Source: an uncultured Chloroflexia bacterium
GTDB taxonomy: Bacteria; Chloroflexota; Anaerolineae; CG2-30-64-16
NCBI GenBank assembly: GCA_963774265.1
Contig: CAVZDU010000009.1
Span: 1 to 64,000, forward strand
Direction: 5' to 3'
Length of the DNA stretch: 64,000 nt
The notes below the pieces were generated by a model. That model was not told the origin of the DNA and made no database searches. It was given only the letters and a program-made list of their open reading frames with translations. Shown here one piece after another: positions 21,654 through 32,625 of the stretch. Numbering within the stretch: the stretch's first letter is position 1; every line of letters begins with the position of its first letter. The translations under genes and the position numbers were made by a program.

Positions 21654-22484
21654 AAGGTCTTTCCCAGTCGCCCAAGACAGTTCTGCGCTATGCCTTACTC
21701 TTTCTCGTCGCAGTGATCTTTCTGTTGCCGTTGTTTTGGATGCTCTCGTCGTCGCTCAAACCTGAATGGCAGGTGCTCGCCAATCCGCCGGTGTGGATTC
21801 CGAACCCGCTGCGGTGGGCAAACTACCGCGAGGCGCTCACCTATCTGCCGTTCGGACGTTATACGCTCAACACGCTGATCATCAGCCTGGGCGCTATCGT
21901 CGGGCATCTGTTGTCGTGCACCATCGTGGCCTATGGCTTCGCTCGGCTGGCGCGCGCCCGGCAAGGGCTACTTCTTTGCGCTGCTGCTCTCCACCCTGAT
22001 GTTGCCCTACCCGGTGACGATGGTGCCGCTGTTTGCGTTGTTCAACTGGCTGGGCTGGATCGACACCTTCCTGCCGCTGATCGTGCCGACCTTCTTCGGC
22101 AACGCGTTCTACATCTTCCTGCTGCGCCAGTTCTTCCTCACCCTGCCGCCCGATCTGGAGGACGCGGCCCGCATCGACGGCGCAAACACCCTCCAGATCC
22201 TCCGCTTTGTGATACTGCCCATCTCCACCCCCGCGCTGGCGACCGTCGTGATCTTCACTTTCCAGGCCAGTTGGAATGACTTCCTTCAACCGTTGATCTT
22301 CCTGCAGGACCAATCCCGCTATACGCTGACCCTGGGCCTCAACTTCTTTCGCGGCAGCTTCCAGGTGCAGTGGAGCTACCTGATGGCCGCGTCGCTGGTG
22401 GTGGTGCTGCCGGTGGTGATCGTCTTTTTCCTCGCACAGCGGTTGTTCATCCAGGGGATCGCGATGTCGGGAACAAAAGGATAG
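21650..22484 (+). CDS. Carbohydrate ABC transporter permease (frameshift ~21950)
   Basis: LRQFFLTLPPDLEDAARIDGA, WNDF. Confidence 0.9.
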
Positions 22485-22542
22485 GGTTGTGGGCCAACGA
22501 AGTGACGTAGGTTTCTGATAATGTGAAAGACGAGATGAAGTC

Positions 22543-24536
22543 ATGAGACCGGTCAACGATACCGTCTTGCGCGACACATACGATGTTGTTGTCGTCGGAG
22601 CCGGCCTGGGCGGCATGACCGCGGCCAGCCTGCTGGCCAAGCGCGGCCTCTCGGTGCTGATGATCGAGCAACAGGCCAAGCCGGGCGGTTCGTGCACCTC
22701 CTTCCGCCGCGACGGTGTCACGTTCGACGTGGGCACGGCCATGCTGTACGGTTTCGGCGAGCGCGGGTTCAAGCCGTTTCGCTTCCTGTTCAACGAGCTG
22801 GAGGAGCCGATCGAGGTGGTGGCGCACGCCACCCTGGCGCGCATGACCTTCGAAGGCCAGCCGATCATCTTCTGGCCGGACGTGGAGCGCTTCCTGCAGG
22901 AGCTCGACCGCCTCTTCCCGGAGGAGCATGACGGCCTGCGCGCGTTCTACCGCGACCTGTACGTGATGTACGAGAACATCGTCCTCAAGAACGAGGTGAT
23001 CGTCCCGCCGTCCGAGTTCTCCCCGCGCCAGGGCCTGCGCCGCCTGCTGAGCGGCCCCGTGGCGATGCTGAAGATGCAGAAGCTGCTGGACACCAGCGTG
23101 CGCTCGCTGCTCGACCGCTACTTCAAGAGCGAGGGGGTCATCCACTTCTTCGACAAGCTGTGCTCGGCCTACTGCTACACCACCTCGGACGAGACCCCCG
23201 CGGTGCTGGCCGCGACCATGTTCCTGGATAACCACATCGGCGGCGTGTACTATCCCGCGGGCGGCGCGCAGATGCTGCCGAACAAGATCGAGAAGGCCTT
23301 CGAGCGGCTGGGCGGGCAGGTGCTCTACCACACGCTGGTGGACGAGATCCTGATTCGCGACGGCCAGGCCTACGGCGTGCGGCTTCAGAATGGCGTCGAG
23401 ATTCGCGCCGAGCGAGTCGTTGCCAACACCACGGTGTGGAACCTGTACGGCAAGCTGGTGCGCCCCGAGCACATCCCCCCGGAGCGGCTGGCATGGGCCC
23501 ACGGCCTTGTGCCCACCTTCCCGAGCATGACGCTCTACATGGTGGTGGATCGCGCGGCCCTGCCCGCGGATGTGCTGCCCTGGGAGGTCTTCATCGAGAA
23601 CCGGGCGGTGATCGACAGCTCCGATCTGACGCTCTACATCAACTCGCTGGTCGATGAGACGCTGTGCCCGCCGGGCAAGCGCCCTGCCGAAGGCAGGGTC
23701 GTCATCACGGCCATCGCGCCCAACCTGGAACGGTGGCCCGCCCGGGATCGCCTGAGGACCACTCGCCCGCGTACTTCGAGCAGAAGCAGGCCCAGGCGCA
23801 GCGGATGCTCGACCAGATCGAGCAGCATTTCCCCGGCTTTGGCAGCCACATCGAGACGCTGATCGTCGGCACCCCGACCACCATCGAGCGCTATCTGCTG
23901 AAGAACGGCGGCGCGGTAGGCGGCCCCAAGAACATGCTCGGACAGCATATGCTCAAGCGACTGCACGCACGCAGCGAGTGGAAGAACCTGTACGTGTGCG
24001 GTGACTCGACCGTGATGGCCACCGGCGCGCCGGCCACCGTGGTTTCCGGCGTCGGCGCAGCCAACATGGTGCTGCGATCCTTGGATCGCCGAGATCTGCG
24101 TAAACGCGAATACGACACGCGCAAATTCCCGCGGCAGTTCGTCCATTTCGTCGAGACGCCCTACCGCGGCCCCTGCGGGGGTGCGGCCGTCAGCCCGGAT
24201 GAACCGATCACGGCTGGCTCCAGCCCAGAGATCGTTAGCCTGGCGGCTGCCCAGTGCCAGGGCTGCGAAGATCCGGCCTGCGTGCGCGATTGCCCGGTGC
24301 ACAACGATATCCCGGGCATCCTGCGGCGGATGGAAGCCGGCAACTTCACCGGCGCCGCGCGTGAGCTGCACCTGCGCAGCCCGTACGGCGAGTTGTGCGG
24401 GACTGCCTGTCCGTCCGGACAGCTCTGTGAGCGCCACTGCTACCGGCGCAATTTCGCCGGGCAGCCGGTGCGCATCGCCGAGCTGCTTCAGTGGGTCGCT
24501 GAACTTGCCGGGGGACAGGAAAGTAGGGTTTCTTGA
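22543..24536 (+). CDS. Phytoene desaturase/CrtISO-like FAD oxidoreductase with a C-terminal GltD/DPD-type 4Fe-4S domain (frameshift ~23750)
   Basis: VVVGAGLGG, YYPAGGA, TPTTIERY, LYVCGDS, then CQGCEDPACVRDCP...LCGTACP..LCERHC. Confidence 0.75.
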
Positions 24537-25432
24537 TGGGCATTTTGCTGGAAAAAGTTGTTGTGATCACCGGCAGCAGCCGGGGGTTGGGGCTGGCGAT
24601 CGCGCAGGCAGCCGCGGCCGAAGGGGCGCGGGTCGTAGTTTCCTCCCGCACGGCCGATGCGGTGGAAGCCGCGGTCACCAGTCTGCGGGCTGCCGGCCAC
24701 GAGGCGAGCGGCGTCGCCTGCGACGTGAGCGACCTGGACCAGGTCGAAGCGCTGGCCGACTTCGCCGCGGCCACGTATGGCCGGTTTGATGTATGGGTCA
24801 ACAACGCCGGTTACGCGCCGCCCTTCGGTCCCACGGCCCACGTGCCGCCTGCGCTGTTCTTGCGTGCGGTGCAAACCAACGTCATCGGCACCTACAACGG
24901 CTCGATCGTGGCGTTGCGTGCCTTCCTGCCTGAGGGACGGGGCAAGCTGATCAACATTTTGGGCCGCGGCTCGGATGGCAAGCCCGCGCCCATGCAAAAC
25001 GGCTACGCCGCGACCAAGGCGTGGGAACGCAGCTTCTCGAAGGCGTTAGCCGACGAATACAAGGACACCGGCGTTGGCATCTTCGCCATCAACCCAGGCA
25101 TGATGAGAACGGATTTCCTGACCGATCTGACCGCAGTCTCAGGCTACGAGAAGCGACTGAGCGTGATGCCGACCATCATTCGGATGTGGGCTGTGCCGCC
25201 GGCGGTGCCGGCCCGGCGCGTGGTATGGCTGGCATCAGGCGCGACAGATGGCAAGACCGGGCTCATCCTCAACGAAGTGGGGCCTGGCCGGATGCTCGGC
25301 GGCGCATTGCGCGAAGGTTTCCGACGCCTGACCCGCCGTCCCGCTCCGCCGCTCGACATGAAGATCGCCGTAATCCCGGCCGCGCTGCCACTGCCCAACC
25401 GGCGCGGTCCTGCACTTGGCGAGAAAAAATGA
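24533..25432 (+). CDS. Short-chain dehydrogenase/reductase
   Basis: TGSSRGLG, WVNNAG, YAATK. Confidence 0.9.
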   Translation: MMGILLEKVVVITGSSRGLGLAIAQAAAAEGARVVVSSRTADAVEAAVTSLRAAGHEASGVACDVSDLDQVEALADFAAATYGRFDVWVNNAGYAPPFGPTAHVPPALFLRAVQTNVIGTYNGSIVALRAFLPEGRGKLINILGRGSDGKPAPMQNGYAATKAWERSFSKALADEYKDTGVGIFAINPGMMRTDFLTDLTAVSGYEKRLSVMPTIIRMWAVPPAVPARRVVWLASGATDGKTGLILNEVGPGRMLGGALREGFRRLTRRPAPPLDMKIAVIPAALPLPNRRGPALGEKK

Positions 25433-25447
25433 GGTCCATCGTAGCCG

Positions 25448-26023
25448 TCAACGATTGTCCCGCTCCCAGCGCGCGATAGCTACTTCCAGAAGCTCTGCCT
25501 TTGTTGCGTGGGGGTACCGTGCGCGCTCGTACGCAACAAGCCTATTCACCAAGGCTTTGTCACCGCGTGCTTTGCTCAGAAGCAGCGACTCGAGGCGTCT
25601 CTCGACCTCAGTCATCGACGCGGAGACGGTGGCGGTGGACGCTCCTCGTGTCGCGGCAGTCGGCTGCCGGTTGGCCGAGGGTGTCTGTTGTCCGGTGCGA
25701 GGGGGATGCTCAACTTGTCGAACCTGATCGGAGGGAAGGGGCGGCTCGAGGTTCGATGTGCGCCGGCGCCGATCATCGGACGGCGTAGCGCGGACCGCAG
25801 CACGCGCCAGGGGCCTTCTTGCCGCCGGCAGGTAAGAATCAGGATCGCGTGTCAACGCGATGATCAGCAGAATCATTCCGGACCAGAGCGCCAGAGGCAA
25901 CCGCGTTTCGGGCCATAGCCGCGGCAGCAGGATCGGGATCGCAATGAAGTAACTCATCGCCATAACTGCGATCACGATGACCGCCAAGCGACCCCACCTC
26001 AGTAGCAACTTCGCGCTGGACAT
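25448..26023 (-). CDS. Hypothetical membrane protein (2 TM helices, linker, small helical C-terminal domain)
   Basis: GGAGG RBS before the ATG at 26023; C-terminal 'GDKALVNRLVAYER..P..AIARWERDNR'. Confidence 0.55.
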   Translation of the reverse strand: MSSAKLLLRWGRLAVIVIAVMAMSYFIAIPILLPRLWPETRLPLALWSGMILLIIALTRDPDSYLPAARRPLARAAVRATPSDDRRRRTSNLEPPLPSDQVRQVEHPPRTGQQTPSANRQPTAATRGASTATVSASMTEVERRLESLLLSKARGDKALVNRLVAYERARYPHATKAELLEVAIARWERDNR

Positions 26024-26430
26024 CTCCCTCCTCCTGTGTAATCCTAGGGATGCTGTGAGTCCTGCTAAATCCCATGCAACCGGGCATGTTCTGCGCACAG
26101 CCACAGGATGTTGCCGTCATTGGCGATCACCTTTTGCAGGCGCACCGGTGCTGGGTCTTGTCTGCGCGGGTTCTGGCTTCAGGGGGTCCCGGCACGCCAT
26201 CGCTCCATGTTCGTTGTATTTTCTGGCAACCGATTCTACCACACTCCAATTGTCACAGAAAACCGACAAGCCGGAACCACAACGCAAGAAGCGGATGACG
26301 CGCGCCCGCATCTATCCGAGGTCCCAGGCCTTTCGACAACGCCACCCCCTCGCTCGTGCCGACCCGGCCACACCCTCGAGCTTGCGTGCAGACGACCCCG
26401 CGCGGTCAGCGCGCCATCGCACCTGCGGCG

Positions 26431-27409
26431 TCACCCCTTGGCCGCGTCGATGAGCGCCTGCCGCCGGCGGCGATACGCGATGACGGGAGCGTCGCCCGGG
26501 ATCAGCTTCTCGCCTATCCGCAGGTCGCTGCGCATGGGCCGCTGCGTCACGACGACCCGGCGGTCCTGGTGCGCGACGATCGTGTTGAAGATCATGGCTG
26601 ATTTGTTGATGAGGCCGCGTACGCCGGGCGTGCGCATGAAGTTCTGGTAAAAACGCAGGTACATCATCGTGTTCTCGTCGTCCACCGGCGCGAACGCGAC
26701 GACCACCCGCACCTTGGGGCTGATCCAGTTCTGCCACAGGTTGGGGTAGATGAACTCCAGGTGAAACGGCTTTTCCGGCGCCGCCATCTCGTTCGCGCGG
26801 CGCGGCGGGCGTGCCGTCGTCCGGGCGCATGGCGGTGCGGACGAAGAAGCGATCGGGGTCCTGCCACTCGACCCACGGACCATCGACCACCGTGCGGTTG
26901 CCCCGGCCGATGGTGTTGTGGTGGATCAAAGGAACGTGCGGCACATCGAGCTGGTTCTCGATGACGCGCGAGTAGTGCGCATGCCACGGATCTCGCACCG
27001 AGCCGTAGCTGAAGCTATCGTCGAGGTCCTCGAACCAGCGCGGCGGCGGCACCTCACCTTCCGCCTGACCCCAGTAGATGAAGATCAACCCGTGCGCCTC
27101 ATGGGTGGGGTAAGCCTGCACTTTGAACGCCCTGGGCACGGGCGCGGCTTTGCCGTTGGCCGGGATCACCGTGCAGCGGCCGCTGGCGTCGTACTCGAAC
27201 CCGTGGAACGGACACCAGATGCAGTCGCCGTGCACCTCGCCGGCGCTGAGCGCCACCCCGCGGTGCGGGCACAGGTCGTGCATCACGGTCACTTTCCCCT
27301 GGCTGTCGCGCCACGCGACCAGCTTCTCGCCCATGCGCGTCACGCCGATCGGCTTGCCGCGATGGACTTCACTCGATTCCAGAATGGCATACCATTGGTT
27401 GCGAATCAT
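26431..27409 (-). CDS. Rieske non-heme iron oxygenase alpha subunit (VanA-like; frameshift ~26805)
   Basis: CPHRG...CPFHG Rieske motif; ENQLDVPHVPLIH iron site; VAHQD. Confidence 0.9.
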
Positions 27410-27852
27410 TTCTCCCCCTCCAAGAGGGCGGCCTGCTCGGTCAATACGCGCAACGCCTGGCCGATGGCCTGGCGCTGTTCTTCGCTCAGCGAACCCACCA
27501 GCCGCTCCACCCACTGTTGCCGCGCGCGAATGCTCTCATCCACCGCCTGGCGCCCTCGCTCGGTCAGATGCACGAGCCGCACGCGGCGATCGTCCGGCGA
27601 CTCACAGCGCCGCACCAGCCCCTGCTGCACCAGCCGCTCGATCATCTGGCTCGCGCCCGCGGGCGACACCTGCAGCAGCTCGCCAAACGCCATCACCTCG
27701 CGCGGGCCGCGATAGTAGAGGTGCATCAGCACGTTCATTTGCACGAACGAGAACCCCGCGCCGCGCGCATAACGGTTGAAGTCGTGCATCGACATCCGCA
27801 AGAAGACCGTCGACCAATCCAGGACGGCTTGCATTGTTTCGCGATCGTCCAT
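27406..27852 (-). CDS. MarR-family transcriptional regulator
   Basis: SQMIERLVQQGLVRR...DDRRVRLVHLTERG. Confidence 0.9.
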   Translation of the reverse strand: MDDRETMQAVLDWSTVFLRMSMHDFNRYARGAGFSFVQMNVLMHLYYRGPREVMAFGELLQVSPAGASQMIERLVQQGLVRRCESPDDRRVRLVHLTERGRQAVDESIRARQQWVERLVGSLSEEQRQAIGQALRVLTEQAALLEGEK

Positions 27853-28158
27853 AACACCTCGAATTTGACAGCCGCGCCGCATCGGCATATAGTTCATTTC
27901 TCTGAAATATCTACTTGAGTGAATTATACACCGATAATGAAATCACAAAAAACCGCGCTCACGCTCCTGTCCGCAACATTGGTCATCGTCATGAGTTGAT
28001 TCAGTTCATCGCGCTGCTGGCGTCGCTACGGATGCTCCCGCGCCTGGCGCCCATGCCCGCCTCCGTTGCGCCCGCGACGTAGGTGGTTATCGCGATCATC
28101 GCGTCCCGCAGCCTGTTCATGCGGGGAGCAGCCGCGGTGAGGGGTGCACTAAGGCCGG

Positions 28159-28498
28159 TCAGGTGTCTGGCTGCCGAAGAATAGCCACGATGGCGGTTTC
28201 CAGCGGCGCGAAGATCTTTCTCGATGACTGCCCAGACGATGTCCAGGTCGATCTCGAAGTAGCCGTGAACCAGTACGTGGCGCATACCGATGATTTGTTC
28301 CCAGGGGATCTCAGGGTGGTGAGCTTTTATTCGTTGAGACAAACCATAGGCCGCCTCACCGATGATTTGAAGATGATGGATGACCCAGACCTGCTGCATC
28401 TCATCATCAGCAAAGCCATTAATGTCGCTACTGATATGCTGCTCGATTTTGTCGATCGCTGCGAGAATGTCCAGCAGGCGTTCGAGATCGTTTCTCAC
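28159..28498 (-). CDS. HEPN (DUF86/HepT-like) toxin (frameshift ~28210)
   Basis: [23 protein letters not shown] (RX4H), IDLDIVW. Confidence 0.88.
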
Positions 28499-28785
28499 AG
28501 CGAAACGGCCTCCCGCATCACCTGCTCTCGGATGCGAGGGCGCAGTCCCTTCTCGGTGACCACGTCCACTTCCATATCCAGCAGTGTCTGCAGATCATAG
28601 AGCAGACCGCCGAGGTCGAACAGGCTACGGCCCGGTTCCATGTCTACGAGGATGTCCACATCGCTATCAGCTCGCGCATCCCCACGCGCAACCGAGCCGA
28701 AGAGGCGCACGTTGCGAGCGCCATGGCGTGAAGCAAGGCTGAGGATCTCCTCTCGGCGGGACTGCAAAATGACACGAGTGTCCAT
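28495..28785 (-). CDS. Minimal nucleotidyltransferase (MntA-like) antitoxin
   Basis: [20 protein letters not shown]; overlaps the HEPN gene. Confidence 0.9.
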   Translation of the reverse strand: MDTRVILQSRREEILSLASRHGARNVRLFGSVARGDARADSDVDILVDMEPGRSLFDLGGLLYDLQTLLDMEVDVVTEKGLRPRIREQVMREAVSL

Positions 28786-29028
28786 ACAGTAGATTATACG
28801 TGCAGTTCAGGTTTCCGCAACTCGTCATCACCCAGGGACTTCCTACGCTGACGTTGTCATGCATGATCCCCAAAACCTGCGCGTGCGTGGCCAGCGCGAA
28901 CAGCGTGTACCGGGCGCTCTACATGCGCCAGCCGCACACGAAGTCGTTTATTGTACCCACAGCAGGTAGAATATAATCTCACAACAGCGAACCACAAACG
29001 GCAGCTGACTCAAGGGAGGAGAGACGAC

Positions 29029-29859
29029 ATGATCAACAGTATGAAAGATTGCACCGTGCTCAATAACGGGCTCGAGATGCCCTGGTTGGGATTCGGCGTT
29101 TTCAAGGTTCCCGACGGCGAGGTCGTGGAGTATGCGATCGGACAGGCCCTGAAAATCGGCTATCGCAGCCTGGATACCGCGGCATTCTACCGAAATGAAC
29201 GCGGGGTCGGCAAGGCGATGCGAGAGAGCGGCGTCCCGCGCGAGGAGATCTTCCTGACCACCAAGGTGTGGAACGATGACCAGCGCGCGAAGCGGACGAT
29301 GGCCGCGTTCGAAGAAAGCCTGGAGAGCCTGGGAACAGACTACGTGGATTTATACCTGATCCACTGGCCGGTCAAGGGCTGCTACAAAGAGACCTGGAAG
29401 GTGCTGGAGGAGATTTATCGGAGCGGCCGGGCGAGAGCGATCGGGGTCAGCAATTTCCTGGTGCATCAGCTTGAGGACCTCCTGGCCGACGCCGCGATCG
29501 TTCCGGCCGTGAACCAGGTGGAGTTTCACCCGCGGCTCCGCCAACCCGACCTGTTGAAGTTCTGCCGGGAGCAAGGGATCCAATTGGAGGCCTGGAGCCC
29601 GCTGGCGCAAGGACAGATCATCCATGAGCCGCGCGTTCAGAAGCTGGCCGCAAAATACCACAAGACCCCGGTGCAGATTGTGCTGCGCTGGGACCTGCAG
29701 CATGAAGTCGTCACAATTCCCAAGTCAATCCACGCGGATCGCATCGCCGAGAACACGCAGATTTTCGATTTCGAGCTCTCGCAAGAGGACATGGACGCGC
29801 TGGACGCCCTGGATGCGGGCAGGCGCGTGGGGTCAGATCCGGGCAATTTCAATTTCTAG
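29029..29859 (+). CDS. Aldo/keto reductase
   Basis: DTAAFYRNE, FLTTKVWN, DLYLIHWP, IGVSNF, IPKS. Confidence 0.93.
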   Translation: MINSMKDCTVLNNGLEMPWLGFGVFKVPDGEVVEYAIGQALKIGYRSLDTAAFYRNERGVGKAMRESGVPREEIFLTTKVWNDDQRAKRTMAAFEESLESLGTDYVDLYLIHWPVKGCYKETWKVLEEIYRSGRARAIGVSNFLVHQLEDLLADAAIVPAVNQVEFHPRLRQPDLLKFCREQGIQLEAWSPLAQGQIIHEPRVQKLAAKYHKTPVQIVLRWDLQHEVVTIPKSIHADRIAENTQIFDFELSQEDMDALDALDAGRRVGSDPGNFNF

Positions 29860-30146
29860 TGGAGGCGAACCTCACGCGTGTCCGGCGACGCTGGCAACGC
29901 CGCCGGACACCCTGCCCCAACCCCCCCGGAAAACGCCGCCGCCACTGCGAACAGGCATCCGAGGCGGCGACCGCCGCGCGCGAATAGATGAATAGTAATT
30001 GTGCCCAGCTGACAGAGCGAAGAAAGTACAGCATTGACAATAACCTGTGCGAGACCGTAGAGAGCGGGCACTCTGAAACCATGCCCAATGTCGACCAAAT
30101 AATACTACATTATTTTGAAAAGTGCAAACCTCAAAGTAGACCACGC

Positions 30147-30193
30147 TTGACCCACGTCATACATGAAGTTATCATCTACTCCTACATGATGTA
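30147..30193 (+). promoter_or_regulatory. Sigma70 promoter plus inverted-repeat operator
   Basis: TTGACC-17 nt-TATCAT (30147-30175); TACAT-G-ATGTA at 30183-30193. Confidence 0.55.
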
Positions 30194-30205
30194 CTTGAGG
30201 TCCCT

Positions 30206-30313
30206 ATGATCCGCACGCAGGTGCAACTGACCGGGGAGCAGACCTCGATGGCCGAACTGATTCGTCGCTGGGTCAGCATTGTCGATGCCGTCAGCTTCGA
30301 GCGGCTGCCGTGA
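30206..30313 (+). pseudogene. Collapsed RHH-antitoxin/PIN-toxin (vapBC-like) remnant, 35 aa
   Basis: MIRTQVQLTGEQ-TSMAELIRR (RHH-like) plus SIVDAVSF-ERLP (PIN-like); stop overlaps the next GTG. Confidence 0.5.
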
Positions 30314-31443
30314 CGATCTACTTCGACATCTCCGCCGCCGTCCATCGCCGCGCCGGGCTGGGCCGCTACGCCGAGAGCCTGGCACGCGCGCTCTTCCGCT
30401 GCTCGGCGACCGGCTGGCCTTCTTCTACAATCGGAGGAAGGCGTGCAGCCGTTGAGCGGGCTGGAGCATGTTCCGACGCGCACGGTCGCCCTGGGCTACA
30501 AGCCGTGGCGGATGCTGGTCTGGCTGGGGCAGTTGGCGCACATCCCGTTCAACCGCCTGCTGCCCGGCGCCGCGCTGTTCCACGCCACCGAGCACCTGCT
30601 GATGCCGCTGCGCGGCGTCCCGACCGTGCTCACCGTCCACGACCTGATCTTCCGGCGCTACCCCAGCCACCACAAGCCGCTCAACCGCTGGTACCTCAAC
30701 CCGACCATGCCGCTCTTTTGCCGCCGCGCGAGCCACATCATCGCCGTCTCGGAGCAGACCAGGGCGACGTGATGGACGCCTACGACGTACCCGCACAGAA
30801 GATCACGGTGATCTACGAGGCCGCCAGCCCGCACTTCACGCCGCAAGGCTGGAGGTCGTCGCAGCCGCGCGGCAGCGCTACGCCCTGCCGGAGCGCTATC
30901 TTCTGTTCGTCGGCACCATCGAGCCGCGGAAAAACCTGGGCCGCCTGCTGGCGGCCTTCGAGCGAGCTGCGCGGCGAGGGCCTGACCGATGCGCTGGTGA
31001 TCGTGGGCAAGCAGGGCTGGCTGTACGACGACTTCTTCGCGCAGTTGGAGCGCTCGCCGGCCAGGGACGCGGTGATCTTCCCCGGCTGGGTGCCCGATGC
31101 CGACCTGCCTGCGGTCTACGCCGGCGCGGCCGCGCTCGCCTTCCCCAGCGAGTTCGAGGGGTTCGGGCTGCCGGTGCTGGAGGCGATGGCGTGCGGCACG
31201 CCGGTCGTGTGCTCGAACACATCCAGCCTGCCGGAGGTCGCCGGCGATGCCGCGCTGCTGGTCGATCCGCTGGACACCGACGCGATTGCGGCGGCGCTGC
31301 GCCGGGTGTTGAGCGAGCCTGGTCTGTCCGCCACGCTGCGAACGCGCGGGTACGCACAGGCGGCGAAGTTCTCCTGGGACCGAACCGCTCGCGAGACAGT
31401 GGGGGTATATGAGCGCGTCCTGGCCGGGCAAGGCAAAGGCTAG
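30310..31443 (+). CDS. Glycosyltransferase family 4 (mannosyltransferase-like; several frameshifts)
   Basis: [34 protein letters not shown]. Confidence 0.88.
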   Translation: MTIYFDISAAVHRRAGLGRYAESLARALFRCSATGWPSSTIGGRRAAVERAGACSDAHGRPGLQAVADAGLAGAVGAHPVQPPAARRRAVPRHRAPADAAARRPDRAHRPRPDLPALPQPPQAAQPLVPQPDHAALLPPREPHHRRLGADQGDVMDAYDVPAQKITVIYEAASPHFTPQGWRSSQPRGSATPCRSAIFCSSAPSSRGKTWAACWRPSSELRGEGLTDALVIVGKQGWLYDDFFAQLERSPARDAVIFPGWVPDADLPAVYAGAAALAFPSEFEGFGLPVLEAMACGTPVVCSNTSSLPEVAGDAALLVDPLDTDAIAAALRRVLSEPGLSATLRTRGYAQAAKFSWDRTARETVGVYERVLAGQGKG

Positions 31444-31448
31444 AAAAC

Positions 31449-32625
31449 ATGTCGCAGTTCGTCCTCGACGCGCGCACCGCCACCGCCCACTTCCCCGGCA
31501 TCGGCCGCTACGTGCGCAGCCTGGCCGCTGCGATGGCGCCGCTGCTCGACCAGGACGAGCAACTGACCCTGCTGACCGATCCGCGGCAACCGTTGAACCT
31601 CCCTGGCCTGGCCGCGGTTCCTGCCGCGGCGTCGCCCTTCTCCCTCGCGCAACAATGGATGATCCCCGCACTCCTGCGCCAGCTCGGGGCGACCGTCTAC
31701 CACAGCCCTTACTATCTGATGCCCTACCTGCCGGCCGCGCCGGCGCTGCTCACCGTCTACGACCTCATCCCCCTGCGCCACCCGGAGCACAGCAGGCCGC
31801 GGGCGAGGCTGCTGTTCCGCTGGGCGACGCGGTTGGCCCTTCGCACAGCGCGCCATGTGGTGGCGATCACCGAGACCACCCGCGCAGGATTTCATGTCGG
31901 AGTTCCGCCTATCGCCGGGGCGCATCACCGCCATCCCCTTAGCGGCCGATCCCGCTTTTCGACCCCAGGGGGACCAGGCCGTGGCCGCACTGCGGGAGAA
32001 GTATCAATTGCCCGCGCGCTTCGTCCTGTATCTGGGCAGCAACAAGCCGCACAAGAACCTCGTCGGGCTGGTGCGGGCGTGGGCAGCGGTTACCGGACCT
32101 GGTGCGAATCCCTCGGATCATGTCGGTCAGGCAGGTCTGATCGTGCGAGTTGGTGATTGCCGGCGCGTGGGATGAGCGCTATCCTGAAGCGCGGCAGCTT
32201 GCCCATTCGCTGGAGGCTCACCGGCATCCGCTGGCTGGGGCCCATCGCCGAGGCAGACCTGCCGGCGCTCTATTCGGCGGCCGACCGTGTTCGTCTTCCC
32301 CAGCCTGTTCGAGGGCTTCGGGCTGCCGGTGATCGAGGCGATGGCCTGCGGGACGCCGGTGATCTGCTCGAACGTCACCGCCCTCCCGGAGGTCGCGGGA
32401 GACGCGGCGATCCTGTTTGATCCCATCGCGCCACCAGCTGTAGAGACGTTGCATGCAACGTCTCTACAAACCGCGCTCGAGCGCGTCCTGGACGATGGGG
32501 CGCTGCGGGCCAAGCTCCGCGAGAAGGGCCTGGCCCGCGCGGCGCAGTTCTCGTGGCAAGACACTGCGGCACGGACGTTCGGATTGTACCGTCGCATCGC
32601 GAACGCAGGGACTGGATGGGACCTC
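31449..32625 (+). CDS. Glycosyltransferase family 4 (frameshifts; reads in frame into the next GT)
   Basis: [40 protein letters not shown]. Confidence 0.85.
32439..32468. repeat. 30-bp perfect palindrome, GTAG-type REP-like, inside a GT coding region
   Basis: tgtagagacgttgca|tgcaacgtctctaca. Confidence 0.8.

Noticed and set aside
28159-28785. MNT-HEPN as a novel defence system or mobile-element marker
   Set aside because: It is a standard, widespread toxin-antitoxin pair, with no integrase, transposase or terminal repeats nearby.
29988-30209. 73-aa ORF in the AT-rich gap
   Set aside because: It has atypical composition and no motif, and it overlaps a clear promoter/operator; the region is probably non-coding.
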